DNA from: a virus
Virus record (IMG/VR): IMGVR_UViG_3300021963_000097
Span: 9,141-73,140 of that record
Length of the DNA stretch: 64,000 nucleotides
Strand: one strand, 5' to 3'
Shown in pieces: positions 29,396 through 39,677 of the stretch. The first letter of the stretch is position 1. Each line of letters starts with the position of its first letter. A program made the position numbers and the translations under genes. The notes under the pieces were generated by a model that worked only from the letters and a program-made list of their open reading frames with translations, was not told the origin of the DNA and made no database searches.

Positions 29396-31091
29396 GAATC
29401 TCGCGTAGACGAAAGAATAGCTTTGTTTTTTCGTCTGTCTTAGAATCATCTGCAGGAGCGATAATCTGAATAAACCCCGGAAGGTTATTATTCCTTACAT
29501 ACTCTCTTGCTTTTGATGCGCTGATACCAGCAAGTCCATCTTTATCGGCATCGCGTTGTCCGGAACTCTTAAAGGTAAAGTCTGGTATATTAAAAAGCAC
29601 CTCGTGCTGAGTCTTACTAGGCTTATTATTATACATGTTAATAAGTTTTTCGTATTCTGGTATTCTATCAGAGCCAGCGACTTGTATTACTTTAGTGTAT
29701 CCATTATCAGATAAATATTTTAACACTGCAAATAGGGTCTTACCTTGAGGTAATACTTCAACCCCCTGAGGGGCTATCAATCGCAAATAAGCCATTTTTT
29801 CATTAATACTCAACGGATCAGTTTTTTTATTTTGAGTATGGGTTGGAAACACAGCAATCAGATTAGCTTTAACTGCATTACCAGTATCGACGAGTGTCTC
29901 AAGAAGGCCTTCATGGGCTAGGGTCGGGGGATTAAACCTACCAAAAGTAAACACCGCAGTCTTGCCTGAGGCTCTTATCTTACTAGTATTAAAACGGCTT
30001 TGAAGTCCACCTATAATAAATTCTCCAGTAATTTTAAACACTTCCGGCGACACCTTAGCGTTATTAATAACAATGCCTTCCTGCTTTGATGCTGGACCAA
30101 ACATAGTATTTACATTTAAAAGTAACTCATTCCCTAGCATACGAGTGGCTTGGTAAAATATCGCCCCTGCTTTTGCAGCATTAAAACTATTTGGCTTTAT
30201 AAAATCAATTAAAGGAACCCCCTTAGTGACTGGAACGTATATAGCTTCTTTGCTTATTGCTTTACGAGTAGCTCCATCTAAAAACGCAACTTGAGTTTCA
30301 ACAGGATTATTTAAATTTTTTAACCATTGACCTAGTGGTTTGGTTTCAGTAAGATTATTTGTAGTTTTTATAGTGAACGGAGCACCAAGCACTTTATCAA
30401 AATTCGGGGAGGATATTAAAGTCGCAGCTATCTCGTTATACACATTAAAGTCGTATTCAGCCGCAAACGGCTTTAAAGCTTGTGAGAGATCAAATAATGC
30501 TTTTTTATTATACTCTGGATCTATTTTAATACGACTACGCTTTTTTGTTTTCTTAGTAAGCCCGTATACGAATTCTTTTATATTATGTAGAACTAAAAAC
30601 TCAGTATCATAAGTTATAACGTTTCCTTGCTTCTCTACATATTCTAAATTTATATACCGTTCCGTGCCCACCATTTCAAGCTGCTTTAATAACGGCATAA
30701 TTGTAGGTATAGCGCTATTAAATATAGTTAAAGTCTTTTTACATTTTGCAATAAGATCTACATTTGGAGCTATTACATCTGTTTCAGGATCTTTTCTTAA
30801 GAATCGTTCCGGTAATTTATCAATCGTGACTCCTGCTAGATCGAGTGGCATATTAGTGCCTCTATCAATAGCGAACTCAAATTTATTACCAGCTGTTATT
30901 AACCGGATACTTAAATTAATACCATCAATTTTAAGTATAGCGGGAGCAGTTTTTAAATATTTTGCTGTATTGTTAAATAACTCTATTAAATCGTCTCCAG
31001 TTCTTACATTAGGTAAATCAAACGGGTGATTCATATGGCCGCCTGCGCCCCCTTCTTGTAATAAACCAGAGTATTGTTTAAAAGATAACAT
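29388..31091 (-). CDS. Fusion: ligase-like covalent nucleotidyltransferase domain + HIGH-superfamily cytidylyltransferase domain
   Basis: N-terminal KIDG.N / EY / EGIVI / FK motifs; C-terminal FTFGRFNPPTLAH, AGSDR, ISASKAR. Confidence 0.75.
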   Translation of the reverse strand: MLSFKQYSGLLQEGGAGGHMNHPFDLPNVRTGDDLIELFNNTAKYLKTAPAILKIDGINLSIRLITAGNKFEFAIDRGTNMPLDLAGVTIDKLPERFLRKDPETDVIAPNVDLIAKCKKTLTIFNSAIPTIMPLLKQLEMVGTERYINLEYVEKQGNVITYDTEFLVLHNIKEFVYGLTKKTKKRSRIKIDPEYNKKALFDLSQALKPFAAEYDFNVYNEIAATLISSPNFDKVLGAPFTIKTTNNLTETKPLGQWLKNLNNPVETQVAFLDGATRKAISKEAIYVPVTKGVPLIDFIKPNSFNAAKAGAIFYQATRMLGNELLLNVNTMFGPASKQEGIVINNAKVSPEVFKITGEFIIGGLQSRFNTSKIRASGKTAVFTFGRFNPPTLAHEGLLETLVDTGNAVKANLIAVFPTHTQNKKTDPLSINEKMAYLRLIAPQGVEVLPQGKTLFAVLKYLSDNGYTKVIQVAGSDRIPEYEKLINMYNNKPSKTQHEVLFNIPDFTFKSSGQRDADKDGLAGISASKAREYVRNNNLPGFIQIIAPADDSKTDEKTKLFFRLREILT

Positions 31092-31354
31092 TACGGGTAT
31101 TGAGAAGAACCTTCTGACTGTTGTTTTAGCTCTTGCTCTGCAGCGATTGCTAATTCAAGATAATGATTAAGATCAGCTTTCATCTGGGTAAAAACTTCTT
31201 TATCTCTTAAAGGGGCATCAAGTATTACTTCCAGACTATTTAAAGCTTTTCCAATATTACGATACAAGCTAGCAGCAGATGCCATATAATCCTCCGGTAA
31301 TTGACCGCGAGTATGCAATTGTTCGTACACTTCTGTAAGTTTAGTAATATTCAT
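31091..31354 (-). CDS. Hypothetical protein
   Basis: 87 aa; KLTEVY N-terminal motif; coupled to the next gene. Confidence 0.55.
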   Translation of the reverse strand: MNITKLTEVYEQLHTRGQLPEDYMASAASLYRNIGKALNSLEVILDAPLRDKEVFTQMKADLNHYLELAIAAEQELKQQSEGSSQYP

Positions 31355-31357
31355 ATT

Positions 31358-31729
31358 TTAATCGAGTTTAGTGATACCTAATATAGACTTAGCTATATAC
31401 TGTGCAAGCTGTTCTTTTGATACAGTGTCATTAGCACCAAGCTTTGTGTGCTTTGTTTGCCACATTTGTATATCTTTAGTAAGTTTGCTCAAAGTGTTAG
31501 TAAGCTCTTTTAAAGCAGCTTCCGTTTGTTTTGTTTGTTCTGGAGATTCAGGCTCGTACAGTCCAGATAATCTCCAGTCTAGAGCAGCAATAGGTCTTGT
31601 ATCTGAGCTACTTACACTTGCATCAGCTGATGACATTTCCCCGCCTGAACCAAAATCAAACTCATTAACTTGAGTCTCTGTTATTAAGCTATATTTTTTA
31701 GCTAAAGTCTTTAATCCCGCGTCTTTCAT
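31358..31729 (-). CDS. Hypothetical protein, probable internal head protein
   Basis: LKTLAKKYSLITE N-terminus; TAAGTA upstream. Confidence 0.55.
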   Translation of the reverse strand: MKDAGLKTLAKKYSLITETQVNEFDFGSGGEMSSADASVSSSDTRPIAALDWRLSGLYEPESPEQTKQTEAALKELTNTLSKLTKDIQMWQTKHTKLGANDTVSKEQLAQYIAKSILGITKLD

Positions 31730-31820
31730 ATATGTAAAGATACTTATGAATTAACAGTAAAAATACACTAAACTGTTTTTTGATAGTTAAATTCAAGCTA
31801 TTGAGTAAATATTATATTCT

Positions 31821-32867
31821 ATGGATTCATCTCCAAACACTTTGCCCGTTGAGTTTCACGATAACCTTAACCCGGCTATATGGGAAGACAACAAACTTAA
31901 GCCTGAAATTAAAGACCGGTTATTAATAATTGCAAAGACATTTTTAGATTCTCTCGAAATTGAAGTTGATGTAGAGGATATAATATTAACTGGGTCTTTA
32001 GCTAATTATAGTTATACTAAATACAGCGATTTTGATTTACATATTGTTACCGATTATAATGAATATAGTGTTGATGCAGAATTATTAAAAGACTATTTTA
32101 CTGCTAAAAAAACTGTATGGAATTTGACTCGCGATATAACTATAAAGGGGTATGAAGTAGAGGTATACGTACAAGATGTTTCCGAAACTCATAATGCTAC
32201 AGGGGTATATTCTATAAAGAATGATGATTGGATTGCAGTTCCATCCCCAGTAAAAGATAAAGAAAGTATCGATAAAGTAGCAGTAGAAAGAAAAAAACAA
32301 GCGATGCTCGATATTATTAATTTTACCTTAACTGCTGAATGCGATATTGAATGCGCGGATAAATCCAAAGAAAAAATTACTAAATTACGCAAAGTAGGTC
32401 TCGAGAGGGGTGGAGAGTACTCGCCGGAGAATCTTGCTTTTAAAGCGCTTAGACGCTCAGGAGATCTTGAACGGTTTTACGATGGTATACTCGCTAAGAA
32501 AGATAAGCGTTTATCCTTAGATAGTATACAAGAAAATACTTTTAAAAAGTTTATGGGTATTGGTACCAAGAGAGGCCCGCGCCACCGGTCTTTAACGGCT
32601 GGCGCAAATAAGCTTACTAATCCCAACGCAAAATCGATCGGCATAGTTGCTGATTGGCATAAAATACACGGCCATCCATTAGTACATCAATTAAAGAAAC
32701 AAAACAGCGGAACTATAGTAGTACCAACCACTACCGCTAACGAGCTAGCTGGTATGTACGAATTAGATATGAATAAAATTCGTAACGGTCTGCCTCGTCA
32801 ACTCAGCACCAGCGGTATAGAGTTAGGGTATAATCCCCAGTCAAACACCTTTTATTTACGTAAGTAA
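31821..32867 (+). CDS. Pol-beta-superfamily nucleotidyltransferase
   Basis: GSLANY...SDFDLHI and later EVEVYVQD catalytic pattern. Confidence 0.8.
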   Translation: MDSSPNTLPVEFHDNLNPAIWEDNKLKPEIKDRLLIIAKTFLDSLEIEVDVEDIILTGSLANYSYTKYSDFDLHIVTDYNEYSVDAELLKDYFTAKKTVWNLTRDITIKGYEVEVYVQDVSETHNATGVYSIKNDDWIAVPSPVKDKESIDKVAVERKKQAMLDIINFTLTAECDIECADKSKEKITKLRKVGLERGGEYSPENLAFKALRRSGDLERFYDGILAKKDKRLSLDSIQENTFKKFMGIGTKRGPRHRSLTAGANKLTNPNAKSIGIVADWHKIHGHPLVHQLKKQNSGTIVVPTTTANELAGMYELDMNKIRNGLPRQLSTSGIELGYNPQSNTFYLRK

Positions 32868-32877
32868 TATAACAATT

Positions 32878-33849
32878 ATGAAGAGCCTATCTTTGCTAGC
32901 TGAAAAATATCAAGAAGTACAATTTAATGACCCTGCTGTAATGGTAGAAGCGCATTCCCCACATCAGCTCTTAGAGTCCCTTAAGGGGTATAATGAAACT
33001 CATGATTTGAAAGCAGTATTTAATTATATTGCTGAATCGAAAGAAAGCGGAAGTACTTTAGTCACAAAAAGTCTAATTGAAGAAAACGCTGAAGCCGCCG
33101 CTACTATACTTGCTATAGAAAAGATTTTAACGTATTACGTAGAAGGCAAAGACTCAGAATTTAATAAAAAGGTACTATTAACCCTAGAAGATGTCGGCGC
33201 GTACGTCGACGCACCTAAAACTTTACCCCCTAAAGTAAAGAAAAAGACGGCTCCGGTTAACCCGGCGCAGACACCAGGGAGTAAAGGTGGCGGTTTTATG
33301 GCCGGGGTAAAAAATGTGGTAGGTAAAGGATTAGAATATCTCGGTAAAGCGGCGGGCAAATTTGCTAGTGGGGCTCAGAGCGGGAAAGGGACTGGAAGCC
33401 CAGAAGAAGCGCCATATGAAACTCATGAAACGCAAGCTGATTTATCTACCCTAGCAAGAACTATAGTACCTACAAGTGCAGCTATCTTAACTAGCACGTA
33501 TGGCGTACCTTCTGACATGTTAGCAAAACTTAAAACAAAACAAATAAGCGGTATAACTCTTAGTCGAGGCGATAAGTTTGCTGAAATTAAATTTGATAAA
33601 AATGGTCTTTACACAATAAGAAGTCTTATGCCAGCTGAAAAGAGCACTATAGACAAGAAAAAAGTAGCTACTAAAAAAGTGGTCACTAAACCCCCTGTTG
33701 TTGCTCCTCCTGTTGTTGTTCCTCCAGTTGTTGCTCCTCCCGCTGTGAACTCAAGCTATGTGCCATTCTCTTCTCTAGCTAGTAAAGTCTTAAAAGAATT
33801 TTATAGTACTAACAAGCCATTACCTTTAGAAACTAATAGTAAGAAATAA
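32878..33849 (+). CDS. Hypothetical protein, probable internal head protein
   Basis: MKSLSLLAEKY N-terminus, multiple L/I-x-E sites, PPVVA repeats. Confidence 0.5.
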   Translation: MKSLSLLAEKYQEVQFNDPAVMVEAHSPHQLLESLKGYNETHDLKAVFNYIAESKESGSTLVTKSLIEENAEAAATILAIEKILTYYVEGKDSEFNKKVLLTLEDVGAYVDAPKTLPPKVKKKTAPVNPAQTPGSKGGGFMAGVKNVVGKGLEYLGKAAGKFASGAQSGKGTGSPEEAPYETHETQADLSTLARTIVPTSAAILTSTYGVPSDMLAKLKTKQISGITLSRGDKFAEIKFDKNGLYTIRSLMPAEKSTIDKKKVATKKVVTKPPVVAPPVVVPPVVAPPAVNSSYVPFSSLASKVLKEFYSTNKPLPLETNSKK

Positions 33850-33852
33850 TGA

Positions 33853-34431
33853 ATGAGTACAGTACAACAATCTATACTTAATAAAAATAGAAAAGACAAG
33901 TTCTTACTTGTCTTAAATCTTCCTGATGTACTTAAAAAAATTAATAAAATTTCTTCTGGAGATAGAGATACAAGTTTTTTAAATCAAGATAGTTTACAGT
34001 ACTCTATATATGGTAGTATAGTGCCTAGTGTAACAGTACCATCTATCGCACTACCATTTGCCGGGCAGGTCGCGCAGTATACTAGCTATAGTAGACCTGA
34101 ATATCCGCCAGTTAGTGTAAATTTTACTGTTGATAACGGATATAACAACTGGTGGGTTTTATGGAAATGGCTAGATCTTATCAATAATTCATATGCGGGT
34201 TATTATAATGCCGATGATATACTAGACCCTAACGGCAAACTAACTAATAGCTATCAAACAAATATTACTGTTTATGGGCTAGATGAATATAACAACAAGA
34301 AGATACAGTTTACATACACTAACGCTTTTATTACGGGGCTCGGAGAAATATCGTACAATTACCGGGAAAGCGATCAGATTGAATCTTCATTTACGTTTTC
34401 GTTTGGGCAATTAAAAGCAGAACTTTTATAA
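33853..34431 (+). CDS. Tail completion / tube terminator protein (T4 gp3-like)
   Basis: YPPVSVNFTVDNGYNNWWVLWKWL resembles gp3; directly upstream of the sheath gene. Confidence 0.65.
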   Translation: MSTVQQSILNKNRKDKFLLVLNLPDVLKKINKISSGDRDTSFLNQDSLQYSIYGSIVPSVTVPSIALPFAGQVAQYTSYSRPEYPPVSVNFTVDNGYNNWWVLWKWLDLINNSYAGYYNADDILDPNGKLTNSYQTNITVYGLDEYNNKKIQFTYTNAFITGLGEISYNYRESDQIESSFTFSFGQLKAELL

Positions 34432-34484
34432 AATTCTCGGTTTCTATGTCGGGGACTCGTAAATAATAGTATAATCCCTTTACT

Positions 34485-36839
34485 ATGGCATCACTACGCA
34501 CAATAAATTCCCCCGGTGTAGAAATTCGCGAGATTGATCTTTCAACAAGAGCAGTCACTCCAGTAGGCACTAACGTGCTTGCAGCAGGATTCGCACCTCA
34601 AGGACCAACATATGAAATCGTCGAGCTTTCTTCTCTAAATGAGTTTGAAACTGTATACGGAACCCCAACAAATGCAGCTGAAAGATATTTTTACTATTCA
34701 GTAAGGCAGCTTTTTGCAGCCGGCGGTAATCCTACAATTAAGGTAGCTCGTCTACCATACGGCAGTGATGCTGGTGAAGGTACAACTAGTGAGTACAGCG
34801 CTTTAGCATATCCTGTAATAGCAATACCAACTGACACAGCAACATATCCTGCATCGGCAGCCATGGCAGCCGGTACAATCCCATTAAGCTCGGCGCAAGG
34901 GTTTTATTTCGGAGAGCCAGCTCTTGTGTCTTTAACAGAGTCCCAATATGAAACAATTGCTCAAGGCGGTCTTAATTGGACCACAACAACCGGTAATATC
35001 GGTTTAAGTAGTTTCTCAGTATCAGGCGCTAACGTTGTAACTAACTTAGGAAAAGCTGGTTTAGTTGTTCTCAACGAAGCTAAAACTACAATTAACGAAA
35101 AGTTCGAAGGTTATTATCTTAACTTAGCTGACTCATTCAGTAACAATCCTGCATCTGATATGGATGATACTGTTAACATTAAGACTATTGGTAATAACTA
35201 CTTTGTGGATGGTGCATTAGCTAGTACTACTTCATATACAGTTGTACCACAAAATCGTATCGGTTTTGCATTAAGCGCAACTCAAACACAAAGCTTTGAC
35301 AGTATGTCGCGCGATATCGAAAATGTACCAACATTTAACATTGCTGCCTCTGGTTATAGTGACACGGTAATTCTTTCATTATTTAGAGTTCGTCCTTCCC
35401 CATTCTCGCCAACCACAACCACATTACAATATGTAATTCAAGAAGGTTATACTGGTTCTCTTTACACTCAGCGTCAAATTCAAGACCCGCTTGGTGGTAA
35501 GCCAATGTCGTTTTATTTAGAGACAGTAGCAAATGATAATTCGAATAACCTTAATGTTCTTATAAACCCAAATATGAATCTAACCAATTGGTTAGACAAT
35601 AACGGTAATTCGACTAAGAACGTGAGAGTCTTAAAGACTACAACAGGGTCTGATAGTGATACATTTTACAATTCAGCTTCAGCTTACTTAAATGTTAAAG
35701 TTCCCTCATTCAATGCTGCAAACAACTTATATGCCCTTGGTGTATATGCTGACAGTCTTCCATCTACTACTGCAAAGCCGATTGGCGACGTTGCTACAAA
35801 GCTTGACGCCGTATTAAACCTTGCTGAAAATATTGATACAATTGATATTGATATAACAATTGATGCAGGTCTTTCAACGATCTACGCAGTAACTCAAGTA
35901 CTTGGAGTATCTGCTTACGATGATACAGTTATTACAAACGGGCTTATATCCCAAGTTAATGCGCTCAGTGCTTCATCTGGTAACCCAGTAAGCAACGATC
36001 TTATAACAAAGTGGTCTTCTATCACATCTAAGTTTGAAGAATTTGCAAGAAGTCGCCGTAAAGATCACCTTTTCGTATCTGACCCAATCCGTCATGTATT
36101 CATAACTGGGGAAAATTACAAGACTCTTGATAACAAGAGTAAAAACTTCTCACAAAATATTTACTGGCCATTGCGTAACCTTTACGGCGCATACAATTCA
36201 AGTTATGCCACAACTTATGGTAACTGGGTAAAAGCAAATGACCAGTTCTCTTCAAAGGGAGTGTGGTTACCAACATCTGGATACGCTGCAGCAGTGATGA
36301 CTGCAAATGATGCAGTATCTTTCCCATGGATTGCGCCAGCTGGTTTAAATCGTGGTATAATTAACGGTCTTACTGATATTGCAGTTAACCCGCAACAAAA
36401 ACAACGCGACTTGCTCTATAAGGTATCAATTAACCCATTAGTATTCTTCCCGAATGACGGTTATGTAGTAATGGGCCAAAAGACCTTATTAAAAGCACCA
36501 AGCGCATTCGATCGTATTAATGTGCGTCGTCTATTCCTCTTCCTTGAGAAAGCGACACTACGTACAATGAGGTACTTCGTATTCGAGCCAAATACAACAT
36601 TTACACGCACCCGCGCTGTAAACACCTTAAGTCCGTTGTTTGAGCTCGCTAAGAGTACTCAAGGGCTTTACGATTATTTGTTAGTGTGTAATGACACGAA
36701 CAATACGTCTGATGTAATAGATGACAACACAATGGTTGTCGATATCTATATCAAGCCAGTTCGCGCCGCTGAGTTTATCTTGGTAAACTTCTACGCAACT
36801 AAGACGTCGCAAAACTTCAACGAGCTCTTACAAGGTTAA
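34485..36839 (+). CDS. Tail sheath protein (T4 gp18-like)
   Basis: SPGVEIREID N-terminus; PWIAPAGLNRG; GQKTL...FDRINVRRLFLFLEK...FEPN; YIKPVRAAEFI. Confidence 0.96.
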   Translation: MASLRTINSPGVEIREIDLSTRAVTPVGTNVLAAGFAPQGPTYEIVELSSLNEFETVYGTPTNAAERYFYYSVRQLFAAGGNPTIKVARLPYGSDAGEGTTSEYSALAYPVIAIPTDTATYPASAAMAAGTIPLSSAQGFYFGEPALVSLTESQYETIAQGGLNWTTTTGNIGLSSFSVSGANVVTNLGKAGLVVLNEAKTTINEKFEGYYLNLADSFSNNPASDMDDTVNIKTIGNNYFVDGALASTTSYTVVPQNRIGFALSATQTQSFDSMSRDIENVPTFNIAASGYSDTVILSLFRVRPSPFSPTTTTLQYVIQEGYTGSLYTQRQIQDPLGGKPMSFYLETVANDNSNNLNVLINPNMNLTNWLDNNGNSTKNVRVLKTTTGSDSDTFYNSASAYLNVKVPSFNAANNLYALGVYADSLPSTTAKPIGDVATKLDAVLNLAENIDTIDIDITIDAGLSTIYAVTQVLGVSAYDDTVITNGLISQVNALSASSGNPVSNDLITKWSSITSKFEEFARSRRKDHLFVSDPIRHVFITGENYKTLDNKSKNFSQNIYWPLRNLYGAYNSSYATTYGNWVKANDQFSSKGVWLPTSGYAAAVMTANDAVSFPWIAPAGLNRGIINGLTDIAVNPQQKQRDLLYKVSINPLVFFPNDGYVVMGQKTLLKAPSAFDRINVRRLFLFLEKATLRTMRYFVFEPNTTFTRTRAVNTLSPLFELAKSTQGLYDYLLVCNDTNNTSDVIDDNTMVVDIYIKPVRAAEFILVNFYATKTSQNFNELLQG

Positions 36840-36858
36840 CCCTAAGTAATTAAACACC

Positions 36859-37383
36859 ATGTCACAAACAATTCAAGATTTCTATAGAGTAGCTCAATCA
36901 AGAGGTTTTTCACGAGACTTCATGCTACGAGTTACCTCTATCGGGGAGGACTCATTTAACGAAGATGATTTTGTATATATTACTACAAAAATACTTCCAG
37001 ATAGACAAATCACCAACCAACAAGCAACCTTTATGGGGCTTCCATTTAATATGCCTGGAACTGTTACCTACCCTGGTTCTGATGGCTGGAGTGTTACATT
37101 TCGTAACGATTTAAAAGGCATTATCCGTAAAAAGCTCGAGGATTGGCAAATTAATAATGTATTCGATGATAGTACTAGCGTTGGAGACTTATCCGTTCGT
37201 GGAATTGATAAGTTAATTCAATTAGAGCAATTAGACGATAAACAAAATGTAGTTAATACATATAGACTTTACGGGGTTTATATAAAGGGATTAGGACCAA
37301 TTGATGGGTATAATACAGAAGGTGCTGGAGCGGCTACTACCTATACTGCTTCCTTAGCTTATCATTACTGGAGACACGTTTAA
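36859..37383 (+). CDS. Tail tube protein (T4 gp19-like)
   Basis: Follows the sheath gene; LPDR...PG...WSVTFRND...IRKKLEDW...QLD...Y..W; followed by a terminator. Confidence 0.85.
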   Translation: MSQTIQDFYRVAQSRGFSRDFMLRVTSIGEDSFNEDDFVYITTKILPDRQITNQQATFMGLPFNMPGTVTYPGSDGWSVTFRNDLKGIIRKKLEDWQINNVFDDSTSVGDLSVRGIDKLIQLEQLDDKQNVVNTYRLYGVYIKGLGPIDGYNTEGAGAATTYTASLAYHYWRHV

Positions 37384-37404
37384 AGATAGATTCAGTTTAC
37401 TTTC

Positions 37405-37433
37405 AAAAGCCCCATAAAAGTGGGGCTTTTTTT
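37405..37433 (+). terminator. Rho-independent terminator
   Basis: AAAAGCCCCA-TAAAAG-TGGGGCTTTTTTT. Confidence 0.85.
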
Positions 37434-37457
37434 ATGTTCCAGTATTAAATATTATAT

Positions 37458-38072
37458 ATGGCGCAACAGACTGGATACGGCATTGCCAATTTTTATAATA
37501 CCGTTTTGACCCGAGGGCTTGCGCGTAACAATATATTTCGTATTAAAAGTATAGGGGGTATATTCGGGGTGGAAGATAGTGATTTATTAATATACGCCCA
37601 AGGTGGTAGTATACCATCTCGACAAATATCTAGTTCTATAGTAAGCTTTAAGACTTTTGATTATATAGTGCCTATGACAGCTAACTATCCAGAAAACGCT
37701 AGTTGGCCAGTAACATTCTACTGTGATTCTGCTTACAGATTAAGAGATATACTAGAAACCTGGAGTAGATCAACGTTTGATGAGCATAAGAATATTTCTA
37801 TTGTGCAAGGTCTCGTAGATATAGAACTAGTTTTAATAGAAAATTCAATTATAAACTCAAACCCGCTTCCAAATCAGCAACCAGTACCGCCAGTTGACCC
37901 TAATACTAATGGTACCCCAAAAGAAATTAGAAAGTATACATTAAAAGGTTGTTTTCTGCAAAGTGTAGGTTCAACATCCTACAGTGTTGGTAACGGCGGA
38001 GAGTTTGCAACAGTGCCCATTAATATTGCCTTTCAGTATGTCATATCAGAAAATAGCCCGCAAGGCAATTAA
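37458..38072 (+). CDS. Tail tube paralog
   Basis: GLARNNIFRI...IPSR...WPVTFYCD...LRDILETW...YTLKGCF, tube-fold pattern. Confidence 0.7.
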   Translation: MAQQTGYGIANFYNTVLTRGLARNNIFRIKSIGGIFGVEDSDLLIYAQGGSIPSRQISSSIVSFKTFDYIVPMTANYPENASWPVTFYCDSAYRLRDILETWSRSTFDEHKNISIVQGLVDIELVLIENSIINSNPLPNQQPVPPVDPNTNGTPKEIRKYTLKGCFLQSVGSTSYSVGNGGEFATVPINIAFQYVISENSPQGN

Positions 38073-38094
38073 TATAGCATAAGTATATAAGACC

Positions 38095-38772
38095 ATGAAT
38101 CAAACTATCCAGGATTTTTACGCGCGCGCTACAAAAAGTGGTTTTTCTCGAGATTTCCAATTAAGAGTAACCGATTTCAATATAGGCGGATCCCCTTTAT
38201 TTTTTGATGAAGATTTAGTATTTATTAAGACAGCAACATTGCCTGGTAAAACTATTTCAGTGCAAACCGCACCCTTTATGGGATTAACGTTTAATGTGCC
38301 TGGCGCTGTTAGTTATGCCGGTTCAGGAGCCTGGTCGATAACATTTTATGCGGATCAAAATTTAGATATTAGACAAAAACTAGAAAACGCAATGACGAGA
38401 ACGTTCGGAGTTGATACTTCTTCTGGTAATATTTTTCCTCGCGATTTAACAGGCAACTCTATTACTTTATCTCTTTTTGATGACCAGCTAAACGAAATAC
38501 GCTCTTATCAGCTACTAGGGGTATTTATTACTGACCTCGGCGCAATAAGTTACAACGCTACCGGTAGTGGCGCTATAGTGGAAATACAAGCAAGTATTGC
38601 ATACCAGTACTGGGTTGATAGTAAAATGGGGGTCGCAGGCGCTAGAGGTGGTCTTGCTGGCCTTGGCGCAACATTAGGCACTATAGGAACCGCGGCGGCA
38701 ACTGTAGGTGGTGTAATTAATAGAGCCTCGTCTGCTATAAAATCTATCGGAAATATTTTTGGTGGTCGTTAA
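38095..38772 (+). CDS. Tail tube paralog
   Basis: MNQTIQDFY...GFSRDF nearly identical to the gp19-like N-terminus; Gly/Ala-rich tail. Confidence 0.75.
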   Translation: MNQTIQDFYARATKSGFSRDFQLRVTDFNIGGSPLFFDEDLVFIKTATLPGKTISVQTAPFMGLTFNVPGAVSYAGSGAWSITFYADQNLDIRQKLENAMTRTFGVDTSSGNIFPRDLTGNSITLSLFDDQLNEIRSYQLLGVFITDLGAISYNATGSGAIVEIQASIAYQYWVDSKMGVAGARGGLAGLGATLGTIGTAAATVGGVINRASSAIKSIGNIFGGR

Positions 38773-38784
38773 TAACTAATTAGT

Positions 38785-39642
38785 ATGCAACTCTATGGCC
38801 CTAAAGCTAAAGCTGAAAATGAACCAGAGTCTGATTTAGTTATATTTGAGCAATTCTTAAGAGATCCTGCGACTTCAATTCCGTTAAATTCAAACTTTTT
38901 AATATGTTTTGGGTCGACAGGTATGCCTCTTGGTATAAAAACTTTTGACGAGGAGGCGACTGGATTCTATGAACCAAAGCCTTGGGGGCTTGATGTTGAG
39001 AAAAAAAACTTAATAGGCAGTATCGAGGGCACGTATAGTTATAAGTGTTTGTTTGCAAATGGAGCTAATTTGCCTGGAGAGAGTTTTGGTCAAAGAAGAG
39101 TGGGTATGCAGGATCTTTTTTCAGACAACTCAGGTGGTCTTTTATCTGGGGTGGTGTCAACTAGCCGCGAGCAAAAAACTGCATTAAATATTTCATTTTT
39201 AGAAACCAATGCTTCTTTTATCGATGCGGTTATCAGACCATGGATCGTTGCTGCGTCTCATTACGGGCTGTATGCGCGGGCGGCCAACTCTCCTTATAAT
39301 GTAAAAACTGATATTATGGTATTAATGTTTGACCATAAAACTGATAGTAAAAGCGTAATACGTAAAAAGTTTACCTTTTTTGGATGTGTGCCTACCAGCG
39401 TTGGGGAACAGCAAATAACGTTCGGTAAGGCTGATACAACTATAACAAGCGTTAGCTGGTTGTATTCTAATTATTCTATAGAAACGGCAAGTAAAGCTAG
39501 TGGACGTACGAGCGCTCTGCCAGCTAAAGGTATCATAGCTGATAGTATAGCTGGTACAAAAATAAAGCAGGCTATTGCACCCAAAACGTATTTACCAAAC
39601 TACATGAAGCTTAGCGGTCTCCCGATTTTTCCACGCGGGTAA
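38785..39642 (+). CDS. Baseplate tail-tube initiator-like protein (gp54-like)
   Basis: ANLPGESF...LNISFLETN...W...FTFFGCVP, tube-fold pattern; synteny. Confidence 0.55.
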   Translation: MQLYGPKAKAENEPESDLVIFEQFLRDPATSIPLNSNFLICFGSTGMPLGIKTFDEEATGFYEPKPWGLDVEKKNLIGSIEGTYSYKCLFANGANLPGESFGQRRVGMQDLFSDNSGGLLSGVVSTSREQKTALNISFLETNASFIDAVIRPWIVAASHYGLYARAANSPYNVKTDIMVLMFDHKTDSKSVIRKKFTFFGCVPTSVGEQQITFGKADTTITSVSWLYSNYSIETASKASGRTSALPAKGIIADSIAGTKIKQAIAPKTYLPNYMKLSGLPIFPRG

Positions 39643-39677
39643 GTTGAATTAAGATTTAAAATATGTAAGTTATTAAA

